Positions 7,499 through 19,342 are shown, counted from the stretch's first letter. The stretch is 45,619 nt of DNA from Myxococcota bacterium (GCA_036336835.1 JAYZFK010000091.1:1-45619); one strand, 5' to 3'. Numbers and translations are program-made. Notes: generated from the letters alone by a model not told the origin.

Positions 7499-8389
7499 GT
7501 GAGCACCGACATCGGCAAGCTGGGCGTCTGGACATGGCTCGATGGCTTCTCCGCCCCGGAGGCTGCCGACTTCGCCGGCCAGATCGAAGAATGGGGCTAT
7601 TCGGCGCTTTGGATTCCTGAGGCCGTCGGTCGCGACCCGTTCGCGTTGATCGGCTATCTCGCAGCGAAGACGAGCCGCCTGGTATTGGCCACCGGCATCG
7701 CAAACATCTACGCCCGCGATCCGATGACGACCCGGGCCATCCTCGAGACGTGCGGCGAGTTCGCGCCGGGCCGCTTCGTGCTCGGGCTCGGTGTCTCACA
7801 CGGCCATCTGGTTGCCGGCGTGCGCGGCCACGAGTACAAGAAGCCGCTGTCGACGATGCGCGCCTACCTCGAGGGCATCGAGTCGGCGCTGTACATGGGC
7901 AAGCAGGGCGAGGTCCGGGCACCGATCGTGCTCGCCGCACTGCGCGACAAGATGCTCGGACTCGCCGCCGAGAAGACACGCGGTGCTCACCCATACTTCG
8001 TGCCTCCCGATCATACGGCGCACGCACGCGAGGTCATGGGAGCGGACGCCTGGCTGTGCCCTGAACAGATGGTGCTGCTCGAGACCGACGCCACGGTAGC
8101 GCGCACCATCGCCCGCGAGAGCATGAAGACCTACACCCGGCTGCCCAACTACCGGAACAACCTGATGCAGCTCGGCTTTGGCGAAGACGATTTCGCCGAT
8201 GGCGGCAGCGACAAGCTGGTCGATGCAATCGTCGCGTGGGGCGACGAGAAGACGATCTGGGACCGCGTGCAGGCCCACTACGACGCAGGTGCAGACCACG
8301 TGTGCATCCAGCCCCTCCGCAGCGACGGGGCCGGCCCCGACCTGCGACTGCTCGAGGCCTACGCCCCGGCCAAGAACGCAGCCGAGTGA
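7499..8389 (+). CDS. LLM-class probable F420-dependent oxidoreductase (TIGR03620-like)
   Basis: GKLGVW, IEEWGYSALWIPE, LATGIANIYARDP, GRFVLGLGVSH, GAHPYF, AGADHVCIQ. Confidence 0.85.
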   Translation: MSTDIGKLGVWTWLDGFSAPEAADFAGQIEEWGYSALWIPEAVGRDPFALIGYLAAKTSRLVLATGIANIYARDPMTTRAILETCGEFAPGRFVLGLGVSHGHLVAGVRGHEYKKPLSTMRAYLEGIESALYMGKQGEVRAPIVLAALRDKMLGLAAEKTRGAHPYFVPPDHTAHAREVMGADAWLCPEQMVLLETDATVARTIARESMKTYTRLPNYRNNLMQLGFGEDDFADGGSDKLVDAIVAWGDEKTIWDRVQAHYDAGADHVCIQPLRSDGAGPDLRLLEAYAPAKNAAE

Positions 8390-10038
8390 GCGGCGCACGC
8401 CGCTTCTGGGGCTGGGGTGCCGAGGGCGCGGGACCCGACGCGACCCAGCAGCGCGCCATTGCGCAGACGATTGCCGAGCGCTTCGGCGCCGACGCCGAGC
8501 TAGCGGCCGAGCCGCGCATCGAAGACGTCGTGTTGCCGGAGCCGCGGGTCACACCGCCGCAAGCCCTGGCCGCGTTCTGCCACAGCGATCCGCTCGCGCG
8601 CGCCGGCCACACCTATGGCAAGAGCTACCGCGACGTGGTCCGCGCACTGCGCGGAGACTTCGCCGCCGCGCCGGATTTCGTCGCCATCCCGCGCAACGAG
8701 GCCGAGGTGGCGGCTGTGCTCGACTGGTGCGGTGCGGGCGACATTGCCGCCATCCCGTACGGCGGAGGCTCGAGCGTGGTAGGAGGCGTCGAGGCCCGGA
8801 TCGGAGTGCCCGGCGGGCGCGGCGAGCTCGGCGATCGCTATGCGGGAGCGGTCAGCCTCGATACGTCGGCGCTCGATCGGGTAATCGAGATCGACCGCAC
8901 GTCGCGCGCCGCGCGAATCGAGGCGGGCGTGTTCGGCCCGGCGCTCGAGGATGCGCTGCGTCCGCACGGCCTCACGCTGCGCCACTTCCCCCAGAGCTTC
9001 GAGTTCTCGACACTCGGCGGCTGGATCGCGACGCGCTCGGGCGGACACTACGCCACGCTCTACACCCACATCGACGACTTCGTCGAGAGCCTGCGGGTGG
9101 TGACGCCGGCGGGTGTCTGTGAGAGCCGGCGCCTGCCGGGCTCGGGTGCAGGGCCGAGCCCCGACCGGCTCTTCATCGGCTCCGAGGGCACACTCGGAGT
9201 GATCACCGAGGCCTGGATGCGCCTGCAGGATCGGCCGCGCTTCCGGGCATCGGCCTCGGTGCGCTTCGAGGGCGACCCGGGCTTCGCGCGCGGCGCGGAG
9301 GCGGTGCGCGCGCTCTCGCAGTCGGGCCTGTTTCCGGCCAACTGTCGGCTGCTCGATCCCGGCGAGGCCCAGACGAGCGGCGCGGGTGACGGCGGCGCGG
9401 CGGTGCTGGTGCTCGGCTTCGAATCGGCGGACCACGCCCAGGACGCAAAGCTCGCGCGCGCGCTGGAGTGCTGCGCGGATGCCGGCGGGAAGCCCGGGAC
9501 ACCGCGGATCCAGGACGCGACCAGCGGCGCCGAGACAGCTCGCGACGACGCGAGCAGCGCCTGGCGGCGGGCCTTCCTGCATATGCCGTACGTCCGGGAC
9601 GTGCTGGCGCGCATGGCGGTGATCAGCGAGACGTTCGAGACCGCCTGCACCTGGCACCGCTTCGGCGAATTCGAGGCTTCGGTCCGGGCGTCCGTCCACG
9701 ACGCGGTCCGCCGCATCGGCGGTCGCGCCACGGTGACCTGCCGCTTCACCCACGTCTATCCCGACGGCCCGGCGCCCTACTTCACCGTGATGACTGCGGG
9801 CACGCGCGGCAGCGAGCTCGAGCAGTGGGACGAGATCAAGGCCGCCGCCTCGGAAGCAATCGTGAGCGGCGGCGGCTCGATCACGCACCATCACGCCGTC
9901 GGACGCGATCACCGGCCGGGCTACGATGCGCAGCGCCCCGAGCTGTTCGCGCGGGCGCTCGCTGCCGCCAAGCGGGAGCTCGACCCGCGAGGCGTCCTGA
10001 ATCCCGGTGTGCTAATCGACGCCCCCCGATCGTCGTGA
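8386..10038 (+). CDS. FAD-linked oxidase, alkyl-dihydroxyacetonephosphate synthase (AgpS)-like
   Basis: FWGWG N-terminus, PYGGGSSVVGG, HFPQSFEFSTLGGWIATRSGG, GSEGTLGVITE, HHHAVG, LNPG; GTGA overlap with the LLM stop. Confidence 0.88.
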   Translation: MSGARRFWGWGAEGAGPDATQQRAIAQTIAERFGADAELAAEPRIEDVVLPEPRVTPPQALAAFCHSDPLARAGHTYGKSYRDVVRALRGDFAAAPDFVAIPRNEAEVAAVLDWCGAGDIAAIPYGGGSSVVGGVEARIGVPGGRGELGDRYAGAVSLDTSALDRVIEIDRTSRAARIEAGVFGPALEDALRPHGLTLRHFPQSFEFSTLGGWIATRSGGHYATLYTHIDDFVESLRVVTPAGVCESRRLPGSGAGPSPDRLFIGSEGTLGVITEAWMRLQDRPRFRASASVRFEGDPGFARGAEAVRALSQSGLFPANCRLLDPGEAQTSGAGDGGAAVLVLGFESADHAQDAKLARALECCADAGGKPGTPRIQDATSGAETARDDASSAWRRAFLHMPYVRDVLARMAVISETFETACTWHRFGEFEASVRASVHDAVRRIGGRATVTCRFTHVYPDGPAPYFTVMTAGTRGSELEQWDEIKAAASEAIVSGGGSITHHHAVGRDHRPGYDAQRPELFARALAAAKRELDPRGVLNPGVLIDAPRSS

Positions 10039-10059
10039 GGGCAAGAGGCGAGGTTCTCC

Positions 10060-11292
10060 GTGGCACGCATCAACGACCACTACCCCAAGCTCGCGGCGGG
10101 GTATCTGTTTCCCGAGATCGGCCGCCGCACGCGCGCCTTCTCCGCGGCGAACCCCGATGCGCAGCTGATCCGGCTCGGCATCGGAGACGTCACGCTGCCG
10201 CTCGCGCCGGCGGTGGTCGAAGCGCTGCACGCAGCCGTCGACGAGATGGCCGACGCAGCGACCTTTCAGGGCTATCCGCCCACGAACGGCTATGACTTCC
10301 TGATCGACGGCATCCTCGAGCACGATTTCCGCGCCCGCGGCATCGAGCTCGACGCGGACGAGATCTTTGTCTCGGACGGCAGCAAGCAGGATTCGGGCAA
10401 CATCCAGGAGATCTTCGATCAGGCCTCGACGCTGGTCGTGACCGATCCGGTCTATCCCGTCTACGTCGACACCAACGTGATGGCGGGCCGAACCGGATCG
10501 GCCGACCCGGACGGCCGCTACGCGGGGATCACCTACCTGCCGGCGACGGCCGAGAACGACTTCCAGCCGGACCCGCCGGCCGAGCGCAGCGACCTCGCCT
10601 ATCTGTGCTCGCCCAACAACCCGACGGGCGCAGCGGCGACCCACGAAAACCTGGCGAAGTGGGTCGAGTGGGCACGCGCCAGCGACGCCGTGATCCTGTT
10701 CGATGCCGCCTACGATGCGTTCATCCAGGATGCCTCACTGCCGCGCTCGATCTACGAGATCGAAGGGGCCCGGGAGTGCGCGATCGAGATGCGGAGCTTC
10801 TCGAAACGAGCCGGCTTCACGGGCCTGCGCTGCGCGTACACGGTACTGCCGAAGACGCTGACGGCGAGCAATGCCGCCGGGGAGAAGGTGGCACTCCGCG
10901 ATCTGTGGTCTCGCCGCGTAGCGACCAAGTTCAACGGTGTCCCGTACATCGTGCAGCGCGCCGCGGCCGCGGTCTTCTCGGATGCAGGACGCAAGCAGAC
11001 GGCCGAGCAGATCGCGTACTACATGGAGAACGCGCGCCTGATGCGCGAGGGGCTCCAGGCCGCGAACTTCACCGCCTACGCCGGCGAGCACGCGCCCTAC
11101 ATCTGGCTGCGGACACCCGAAGGCACGACGAGCTGGGAGTTCTTCGACCAGCTGCTCGAGCGCGCGCACATCGTCGGCACGCCCGGCGCCGGGTTCGGCG
11201 CTTCGGGCGAGGGCTACTTCCGGATCTCGGCATTCAACTCGCGCGAGAACGTGAATGAGGCGATCGCGCGCATCCAGCGCGTCTTCGGCTGA
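10060..11292 (+). CDS. dapL: LL-diaminopimelate aminotransferase
   Basis: [49 protein letters not shown] (PLP lysine), [13 protein letters not shown]. Confidence 0.96.
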   Translation: MARINDHYPKLAAGYLFPEIGRRTRAFSAANPDAQLIRLGIGDVTLPLAPAVVEALHAAVDEMADAATFQGYPPTNGYDFLIDGILEHDFRARGIELDADEIFVSDGSKQDSGNIQEIFDQASTLVVTDPVYPVYVDTNVMAGRTGSADPDGRYAGITYLPATAENDFQPDPPAERSDLAYLCSPNNPTGAAATHENLAKWVEWARASDAVILFDAAYDAFIQDASLPRSIYEIEGARECAIEMRSFSKRAGFTGLRCAYTVLPKTLTASNAAGEKVALRDLWSRRVATKFNGVPYIVQRAAAAVFSDAGRKQTAEQIAYYMENARLMREGLQAANFTAYAGEHAPYIWLRTPEGTTSWEFFDQLLERAHIVGTPGAGFGASGEGYFRISAFNSRENVNEAIARIQRVFG

Positions 11293-11338
11293 CTTTCGGC
11301 GACCGGGGCCGCGGGAGCATCGGGTATAGTCGAGGTTC

Positions 11339-12466
11339 ATGGCGCGCGCGCGTTCGAACTCACGGGGACGCTGGGTCGGGCGTCTTGCGCTGGTCGCTTT
11401 CGGCTGTGCCGTCGGTGCCGTCGTCGCTGCGCTCGGCCTCGCCGCCCTCGAGTGGAACGCACTGCGCCAGGACGTGTCGCACTTCGAGCGAGTCGCGACC
11501 GAGTGGCACGATCCCAACACGCGCTTCGACTCCGAACTCGGCTGGCGACCGATCCCGTCGCGTCGCGTTCGGCTCCCGTGGGGTGAGATCCGCACCAACG
11601 AGCAGGGCTTCCGCTCGGACCCGCTGCGCCGGGATGCGGAGGCGGTCGCCGTGCTCGGCGACTCGGTGGCCTGGGGTTGGGGCGTCGCTGCGAACCAGAC
11701 GTTCGCTGGCCGACTCGACCGCGCCGTCCGAGAGCTCGGATGGCAGGTCTCGAACCTCGCCGTCTCGGGCTACGGACTCGGACAGAGTTACCTGTGGCTC
11801 GTGACCCAGCGCCAGAGCCTGCCCGCCCTGCGCCACGCCGTGCTCGCGATCTGTGCGGACAACGACATCGACGATACGGCGGCGAACTCCCGCTACGGGC
11901 GGCGCAAGCCAGTCTACCGGATGCGCGACGGCCAGCTCCGCCTCGAAGGCACGCCGATCGCGCGCTACAGCCTGCGTCACTGGTACACCGACAGCGGCGC
12001 GATGCGCGGCCTGCTGGCCCGCGCACCGCGCCTCGAGGCCGCCACACTCGCGCGTCTGGGCGATCTGCGGGTCGAACCCGAGGAGGCCAACGAGGTCGTC
12101 GGCGCCCTGCTCGCCGCAATGCGCGACGAGGTCCGCGGGCGCGGTGGCACGCTCCACGCGGTGCTCCTGCCCTCACGCCGGGACTGGGACGCGCTGTCGA
12201 CGAACTACCAGCTACTGCGCCGGGCCGTGCGGGAAGCGGGCATTCCGCTGGTCGAGCCCAGGACCCTGCTGCAGCTCGTCGCTTCGTCACCCGACGAGGT
12301 GTTCTTCGACGCATCCCATCTCACGCCGGCCGCACACACCATCGTCTCGCTCACGCTGCAGTGGCACCTCACGCGGTACGAGAAGAGTGGACCCGCAAGC
12401 TCCCAGAGGCCAGCCACCCCGTCATCCGGATTCAGCAATCGCGGGCACGTCCCGAGGCAGAGCTAG
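11339..12466 (+). CDS. Membrane-anchored SGNH/GDSL hydrolase family protein
   Basis: N-terminal TM helix; blocks LGDS, NLAVSGYG, DND and DASH. Confidence 0.85.
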   Translation: MARARSNSRGRWVGRLALVAFGCAVGAVVAALGLAALEWNALRQDVSHFERVATEWHDPNTRFDSELGWRPIPSRRVRLPWGEIRTNEQGFRSDPLRRDAEAVAVLGDSVAWGWGVAANQTFAGRLDRAVRELGWQVSNLAVSGYGLGQSYLWLVTQRQSLPALRHAVLAICADNDIDDTAANSRYGRRKPVYRMRDGQLRLEGTPIARYSLRHWYTDSGAMRGLLARAPRLEAATLARLGDLRVEPEEANEVVGALLAAMRDEVRGRGGTLHAVLLPSRRDWDALSTNYQLLRRAVREAGIPLVEPRTLLQLVASSPDEVFFDASHLTPAAHTIVSLTLQWHLTRYEKSGPASSQRPATPSSGFSNRGHVPRQS

Positions 12467-12564
12467 TCGAGGGACGAACCGGAGAGAGCCAGACCGGACG
12501 CAAGCGAATCGAGCGGCGGCTGAGCCCCGAACGCCGCGACACACCCGTTCGACCGAGAGCTGGA

Positions 12565-12591
12565 TATACTGGCTGCCTGCCCCGTCGAGGA
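12565..12591 (+). promoter_or_regulatory. Putative -10 (TATACT) and Shine-Dalgarno (GAGGA) of pyk
   Basis: TATACT 12565-12570; GAGGA 12587-12591, 8 nt before in-frame ATT 12600. Confidence 0.55.
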
Positions 12592-12599
12592 ACGTCCCC

Positions 12600-14033
12600 A
12601 TTCCCAGCACCGAACGCCAGCTGCTCCGCAAGACGAAGATCGTCGCAACGGTGGGACCCGCGTGCGACGACGTCGGCACGCTCACCCGCATGATCGAGGC
12701 CGGCATGAACGTGGCCCGCCTCAATTTCTCCCACGAGGACCACGAGCGGCACGCACGACGGCTGGAGCGGCTGCGCAAGGCCTCGGAAGCGGCCTCGATC
12801 CGCGTGGCGACCATGCTCGACACCAAGGGCGCCGAGGTGCGCACGGGAAGCGTGCTGGCGGACGTGGTGCTCGAGAAGGGCGCGCCGTTCCGTCTGCTGG
12901 CGGACGATCTGCTGGGCGACGCGACCGGGGTCTCGATCTCGTACCCCGACCTCGTCGGCGAGTTGAAGCCGGGCAGCCCGGTCCTGATCGACGACGGACG
13001 CATCGAGCTGGTGGTGGAGCGGACGGTCGAAGCGGCGGTCGAATGTCGCGTCGTCCGAGGCGGGGTGCTCGCGAACCACAAGGGCATCAACGTGCCGGGC
13101 ACAACGCTGCCGCTCGATGGGCTGAACGAGGCAAACCAGGCGGATCTGCAGTTCGCGCTCGATCACGAAATCGACTACATCGCCGCCTCGTTCATGAAGA
13201 CCGCGGAAGACGTCGAGGCAGTCCGCGCCTTCCTGACCGAACGCGGTGGCGGGCAGATCCCGATCATCGCGAAGATCGAGAATCGCGAGGGCCTGCGGAA
13301 CCTCGAAGCGATCATCGATGCCGCCGACGGCACGATGGTGGCGCGCGGCGATCTCGCGGTGGAGATCGGCGCCGCGGCGGTTCCCGTCGAGCAGAAGCGC
13401 ATCATCCGCAGGACCGTCGGCAATGGAAAGCCGACCATTACCGCGACCGAGATGCTCGACTCGATGGAACGCAACGACCAGCCAACGCGTGCCGAGGCCT
13501 CGGATGTCGCCAACGCGATCCTCGACGGCAGCTCGGCCGTGATGCTGTCGGGCGAGACGGCGCGCGGCCTCCATCCGGTCGAGACGGTTCGAACGATGTC
13601 CGAGCTCGCGCTCGGAGCCGAGGCCTCGCTGCGCGAGTACGGCTACCTGCAGCAGATCGTGCCGCACCCGAGGGCCGCCGTGGTGGAGGCCGTGAGCCAG
13701 GCCGCGAGCTCGATGGCCAGCCATCTGAACGCCGGCGCGATCGTCACGCTCACCGAGAGCGGATTCACGTCTCGGCAGATGTCGAAGTATCGCCCGCAGT
13801 GCCCGATCCTCGCGGTCACCAGCTCGCCCGTCGTAGCCCGCCGGCTCTCGCTGAACTGGGGCGTCACACCGACCGTCTCGGATGCCGCCGACGACGACGG
13901 AATGCTCGAGCACGGTCTGGCCTGGGCGCGCAAGCAGGGGATCGTGTCGACCGGCGACATCGTCGTCGTCACGGCTGGAATCTCACACGAAGCCGGCAGC
14001 ACCAGCTCGATCCGCGTCGCGCGGCTGCGCTGA
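12600..14033 (+). CDS. pyk: Pyruvate kinase (start probably non-canonical ATT)
   Basis: RKTKIVATVGP, MNVARLNFSH, DTKG, IIAKIE, MVARGDL, ATEMLDSM, PTRAEASDVANA, MLSGETA; start position uncertain. Confidence 0.95.
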   Translation: MPSTERQLLRKTKIVATVGPACDDVGTLTRMIEAGMNVARLNFSHEDHERHARRLERLRKASEAASIRVATMLDTKGAEVRTGSVLADVVLEKGAPFRLLADDLLGDATGVSISYPDLVGELKPGSPVLIDDGRIELVVERTVEAAVECRVVRGGVLANHKGINVPGTTLPLDGLNEANQADLQFALDHEIDYIAASFMKTAEDVEAVRAFLTERGGGQIPIIAKIENREGLRNLEAIIDAADGTMVARGDLAVEIGAAAVPVEQKRIIRRTVGNGKPTITATEMLDSMERNDQPTRAEASDVANAILDGSSAVMLSGETARGLHPVETVRTMSELALGAEASLREYGYLQQIVPHPRAAVVEAVSQAASSMASHLNAGAIVTLTESGFTSRQMSKYRPQCPILAVTSSPVVARRLSLNWGVTPTVSDAADDDGMLEHGLAWARKQGIVSTGDIVVVTAGISHEAGSTSSIRVARLR

Positions 14034-14071
14034 TGCGGCAGCGCCAGGGGCGGCGCAGCGACGCCGAGCCG

Positions 14072-14101
14072 CTCGTCAACGGGCGACACCCGCTGGACGA
14101 G
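14072..14101. terminator. Imperfect hairpin between convergent pyk and ettA
   Basis: CTCGTC-AA-CGGG...CCCG-CTG-GACGAG; no U-tract. Confidence 0.3.
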
Positions 14102-14130
14102 ACGACTCGAAGCGATCGACCGCCGACCGG

Positions 14131-15807
<1,677 letters not shown>

Positions 15808-15962
15808 GCCGCATCCTCTGCAGAGTCGGCACCCCTGGGCGCCGAGTATCTCGAGTGACTGGGAAGGGGTGGGAGTCTACCGGCTCGTGCCTTGCGCGCG
15901 AGTCCTGCGCGCCCTGTAGTGCCTCCGATAGACTGCCGCGCGCAACGGGGGGTGTGAGTGGG

Positions 15963-17528
15963 ATGGGAAGGCGAGGCCGACCCTTTGGCCCGCGAGCGCG
16001 CAGCAGCCCGATGGTGGCACTGCTCCTCGGGCTGCTGCTGGCTGGCTCCGCCTGCTCGCGCGAGGGCGAGCGGGTGCTCATCGTGGTCAACGAGGACAGC
16101 CCGGTCTCGCTCGCGATCGGCGCGCGCTACGCCGAGCTTCGCGGCGTTCCCGAACGCAACCTGGTCCGGCTGTCCCTCGAGACTTCCGACCCGACGCTTG
16201 CGACCGACGAGCACGAGACGATCTCGCGCGACCACTACCGAGCCCTGGTGCGCGATCCGATCGAGACGCAGCTGCGTCAGCGCGAGCTCAGCCACCGAAT
16301 CGACTTCATCGTAACGACCAAGGGGGTGCCCCTGCGCGTCGACGGCACTCCCGGCGAGGGCTCCGATGGCCGGCTGCGCGACGCGACCCGCGCCTCGGTC
16401 GACTCGGAGCTGATGCTGCTGTTCACAGGCACAGACGGCGCACCCGGCGCTGCGCCCAATCCGTACTTCGGCTCCGAGCTGCCCTTTCGCGAGTTTCGCC
16501 AGCTCAATGGCGAGGCGGCACCGCGCTACCTGGTCGCGCGCCTGACGGGAACACTCAGCGCCGGGGATCCGCAGGGCGGCGTGCCGGCCAGCGTCGAGCG
16601 CCTGCTGGACGCGGCGACCGGCGAGCCGGCCCCCGCGTCGACCTGGCTGATCGACGCCGACAGCGAGAGAGAGGGTCCGTTCGCCGCAGCCAATCGCGTG
16701 CTGCTCGGCGCGGCGGACGCCGCGCTACGCGCGCTGGCGGTCGACGTGGTGCACGACCGCAAGCCGAGCTTTGCCGCGCTCGATGGCGAGCGGAAGAGCC
16801 TGCTCGGCTACGTCTCCTGGGGCAGCAACGACCGCAACCACCCCGGACCGCCCTACTACGGGCGCATCGGCGAGCGCGTGTTTCCGGGCCGCTTCACCGC
16901 GCGAAGCGTCGCGATCGACTTCGTGAGCACGAGCGCGCGCACCTTCACGAGTCCACCCAGCTACGGACAGTCGTTGACCTCGGACCTGCTCGCCCTGGGA
17001 GCAGCGGGCGCGGGCGGCCACGTCTACGAGCCGACGCTGACCACGGTCCACCGCCCCCACCTGCTGTTCGCACGCGATGCGCAGGGGGCACCGGCCGTCG
17101 AAGCCTACTGGTCGAGCGTCCCGACGCTCGGCTGGATGCACACCTGGGTGGGCGATCCGCTGATGCGCCTCGAACCCGCCCCCGCCACCCCGAGCGAGGA
17201 CCGCGACGGCGACGGGATCCGCGACGCGGAGGACAACTGCAGCCGGATTCCCAACGCGGCGCAGCGCGACACCGACAGCGACGGCTACGGGAATGCGTGC
17301 GACGCGGACATCGACAACGACGGCACCGTGACCACCTCGTGGCGATCGATCTTTCCGCTCGGCGAGCGCGGCGACGTCGAGTGGATCGGGGTGACGGCGC
17401 GCAACGGCCACTACGACCCGAACCACGACCTCAACGGCGACGGCCGGGTCGACATCCTGGACGTCTCGCTCGCCCAGCTCGGCCTCTACCACGGGCCGGG
17501 GCCGAGCGGCCGGCGCCCGGCGCGCTAG
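15963..17528 (+). CDS. TIGR03790-like lipoprotein with C-terminal thrombospondin type-3 and dockerin-like Ca-binding repeats
   Basis: Lipobox-like LLAGSAC; VLIVVNEDSPVSLAIGARYAELRGVP, ASVDSEL, YLVARL, GHVYEP, VGDPL; DRDGDGIRDAEDNC..NAAQRDTDSDGYGNACD; DLNGDGRVDILD. Alternative start ATG 16011. Confidence 0.8.
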   Translation: MGRRGRPFGPRARSSPMVALLLGLLLAGSACSREGERVLIVVNEDSPVSLAIGARYAELRGVPERNLVRLSLETSDPTLATDEHETISRDHYRALVRDPIETQLRQRELSHRIDFIVTTKGVPLRVDGTPGEGSDGRLRDATRASVDSELMLLFTGTDGAPGAAPNPYFGSELPFREFRQLNGEAAPRYLVARLTGTLSAGDPQGGVPASVERLLDAATGEPAPASTWLIDADSEREGPFAAANRVLLGAADAALRALAVDVVHDRKPSFAALDGERKSLLGYVSWGSNDRNHPGPPYYGRIGERVFPGRFTARSVAIDFVSTSARTFTSPPSYGQSLTSDLLALGAAGAGGHVYEPTLTTVHRPHLLFARDAQGAPAVEAYWSSVPTLGWMHTWVGDPLMRLEPAPATPSEDRDGDGIRDAEDNCSRIPNAAQRDTDSDGYGNACDADIDNDGTVTTSWRSIFPLGERGDVEWIGVTARNGHYDPNHDLNGDGRVDILDVSLAQLGLYHGPGPSGRRPAR

Positions 17529-19342
17529 TCGGAGAGGCCGGCGGGGGGCGACGCGGGCTGCTCGCTTGCGCGCCCCTGCGCGACGGGGAGGCGGATCAGG
17601 AAGACTGCCCCCCCTGCGGCGGGCGGGTCGTAGAGCAGCACTCCACCGTGCTCGCGGGCGATGCCAAAGGCCACGGCCAGGCCGAGCCCGGTGCCCTCGC
17701 CGGTCTTCTTGGTGGTGAAGAACGGGTCGAACATCCGCTCGCGCACGTCGGGCGGGACGCCCGGACCGTCGTCGGCCACGCAGATCTCGACCTGGTCGTC
17801 GACGGCGCGCGTCGAGACCGAGACCGACCCACCGCGTTCGGCGACCGACTGCGCCGCGTTGACGACCAGGTTCGTGACCGCTTGTGTCAGCGCCTCGGCG
17901 GAGGCCTCGACACTCGGCACGCTGTCGGGCAGCGACACGTGGAGCTCGACCGATCCGAAGCGACTCAGGCGCGCCACGCGCACGGCATCGCGGACGATGT
18001 CATTCACGCTGGCCGGCGCCAGCTCCTCGGAGCCGATGCGCGAGAAGCGCCGCACGCGATCGATGATCCGGCCGATCCGGTCGACGCCCTCGATGGCCTC
18101 CTCGATCACCAGGCGGAGTTCGTCGCGATCTGCCTTCTGGCTTGCGGCGACCTCGAGCTCGGCCGTCATGCGATGGACGTGACTCAGGTTGGAGCGGACA
18201 TAGGCCAGCGGGTTGTTGACCTCGTGCGCAATGCCGGCCGCGAGCCCCGCAACCGTCTCGAGCCGCTGACTCTGCCGCATCAGCGCCTCGAAGCGAGTCT
18301 GCTTGGTGATCTCGCGAATGATCACGTACAGGCCCGAAGCGCCGGCCTCTTCGGGCCGGACGGCGGCCATCCGGATCTCGAATACCTGCCCCGCGAAGCT
18401 CTCGAAGCGTGTCGCGAACTTGCCACCAGTCGAGATCAGCCGCTCGACCAGCTGGTGGACGGCGCCGGCGTCGACATCCGAGCGATCGTCGGCCTGCTCG
18501 ACGACGACGTCGGCGAGGTGTCGACCCTGCACCTCGCGCAGCGACGCGCCCGTCATCTGCTCGGCGGCCGGATTCATGTCGAGGATCTCGGCGCTGGCAT
18601 CGGTCACGATGACACCGTCGGCCAGGTGCTCGATCACGTCGCGACGAGCGACCGGAACGGTCGCGAGCACGCGGTGACGCCAGTCCGCCAGGAACAGCAG
18701 CGTGACGCCCGCACCCACGAACAGCGGCGTGCGGTCGTGGCCCCCGGCGGCGACGCCGAGCTCGTGAGCGAGGCTCGCCAGGACCGGCGCGAGCGCTGCC
18801 ACCGCCAGCAGCACGCCGCGGCGCCGCTCGCACCGCGAGATCAGCTGGATCGAGCGCGCGACATAGAGCCCGACCCCGACCATCACCAGCGCGAGGCCCC
18901 AGCCAGCCCAGACCCAGTACAGCGGCCCGGCCCACTGCTCGATCGCGCCGTCGACCACTCTCTCCGGATTGCGCACGAACAACCGGTGGCTCTCGTTCGT
19001 CGCCAGCGCAACCAGCGCGAGCAACGACGGCAATCCAACCAGCAGTCGTCCGCGCGTCGAATCGCTGAGCCGGCGCAGCCCGAACACGTGAGCCGCCAGC
19101 AGCAGCCAGAGCGGCGGGACGAAGAACAGGCCGGCAAACGCCGCCAGCGCGGCCGAGGTCGAGAGCGCAGGCGAATGGCCGGCCCACGCAACGGCCAGCG
19201 TGCCTGTCCACGCCATCACGGCCAGCATCAGACCCAGCACGAGCCCGTGGATCTGACCCCGTTCTTGCCGCGTACCGACATAGCCCGCCAGCAGTGCGGT
19301 GGCCCCGAAGGCGAGCAATGTTTCGTAGAGCTGCGGATGCAC
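17525..19342 (-). CDS. Sensor histidine kinase, N-terminal 7TM + PAS + HisKA/HATPase
   Basis: Hydrophobic N-terminal region, PAS (DGVIVTD..MNPAAEQMTG), H-box AHEVNNPL, NLVVNA, DDGPG, FDPFFTTK, GTGLGL; GTG start with GAGGA upstream. Confidence 0.92.
   Translation of the reverse strand: MHPQLYETLLAFGATALLAGYVGTRQERGQIHGLVLGLMLAVMAWTGTLAVAWAGHSPALSTSAALAAFAGLFFVPPLWLLLAAHVFGLRRLSDSTRGRLLVGLPSLLALVALATNESHRLFVRNPERVVDGAIEQWAGPLYWVWAGWGLALVMVGVGLYVARSIQLISRCERRRGVLLAVAALAPVLASLAHELGVAAGGHDRTPLFVGAGVTLLFLADWRHRVLATVPVARRDVIEHLADGVIVTDASAEILDMNPAAEQMTGASLREVQGRHLADVVVEQADDRSDVDAGAVHQLVERLISTGGKFATRFESFAGQVFEIRMAAVRPEEAGASGLYVIIREITKQTRFEALMRQSQRLETVAGLAAGIAHEVNNPLAYVRSNLSHVHRMTAELEVAASQKADRDELRLVIEEAIEGVDRIGRIIDRVRRFSRIGSEELAPASVNDIVRDAVRVARLSRFGSVELHVSLPDSVPSVEASAEALTQAVTNLVVNAAQSVAERGGSVSVSTRAVDDQVEICVADDGPGVPPDVRERMFDPFFTTKKTGEGTGLGLAVAFGIAREHGGVLLYDPPAAGGAVFLIRLPVAQGRASEQPASPPAGLSD

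Noticed and set aside
11853..12599. Apparent 249-aa N-terminal extension of pyruvate kinase
   Set aside because: It overlaps the SGNH gene out of frame and has low-complexity composition; a -10 and SD sit immediately before the kinase domain
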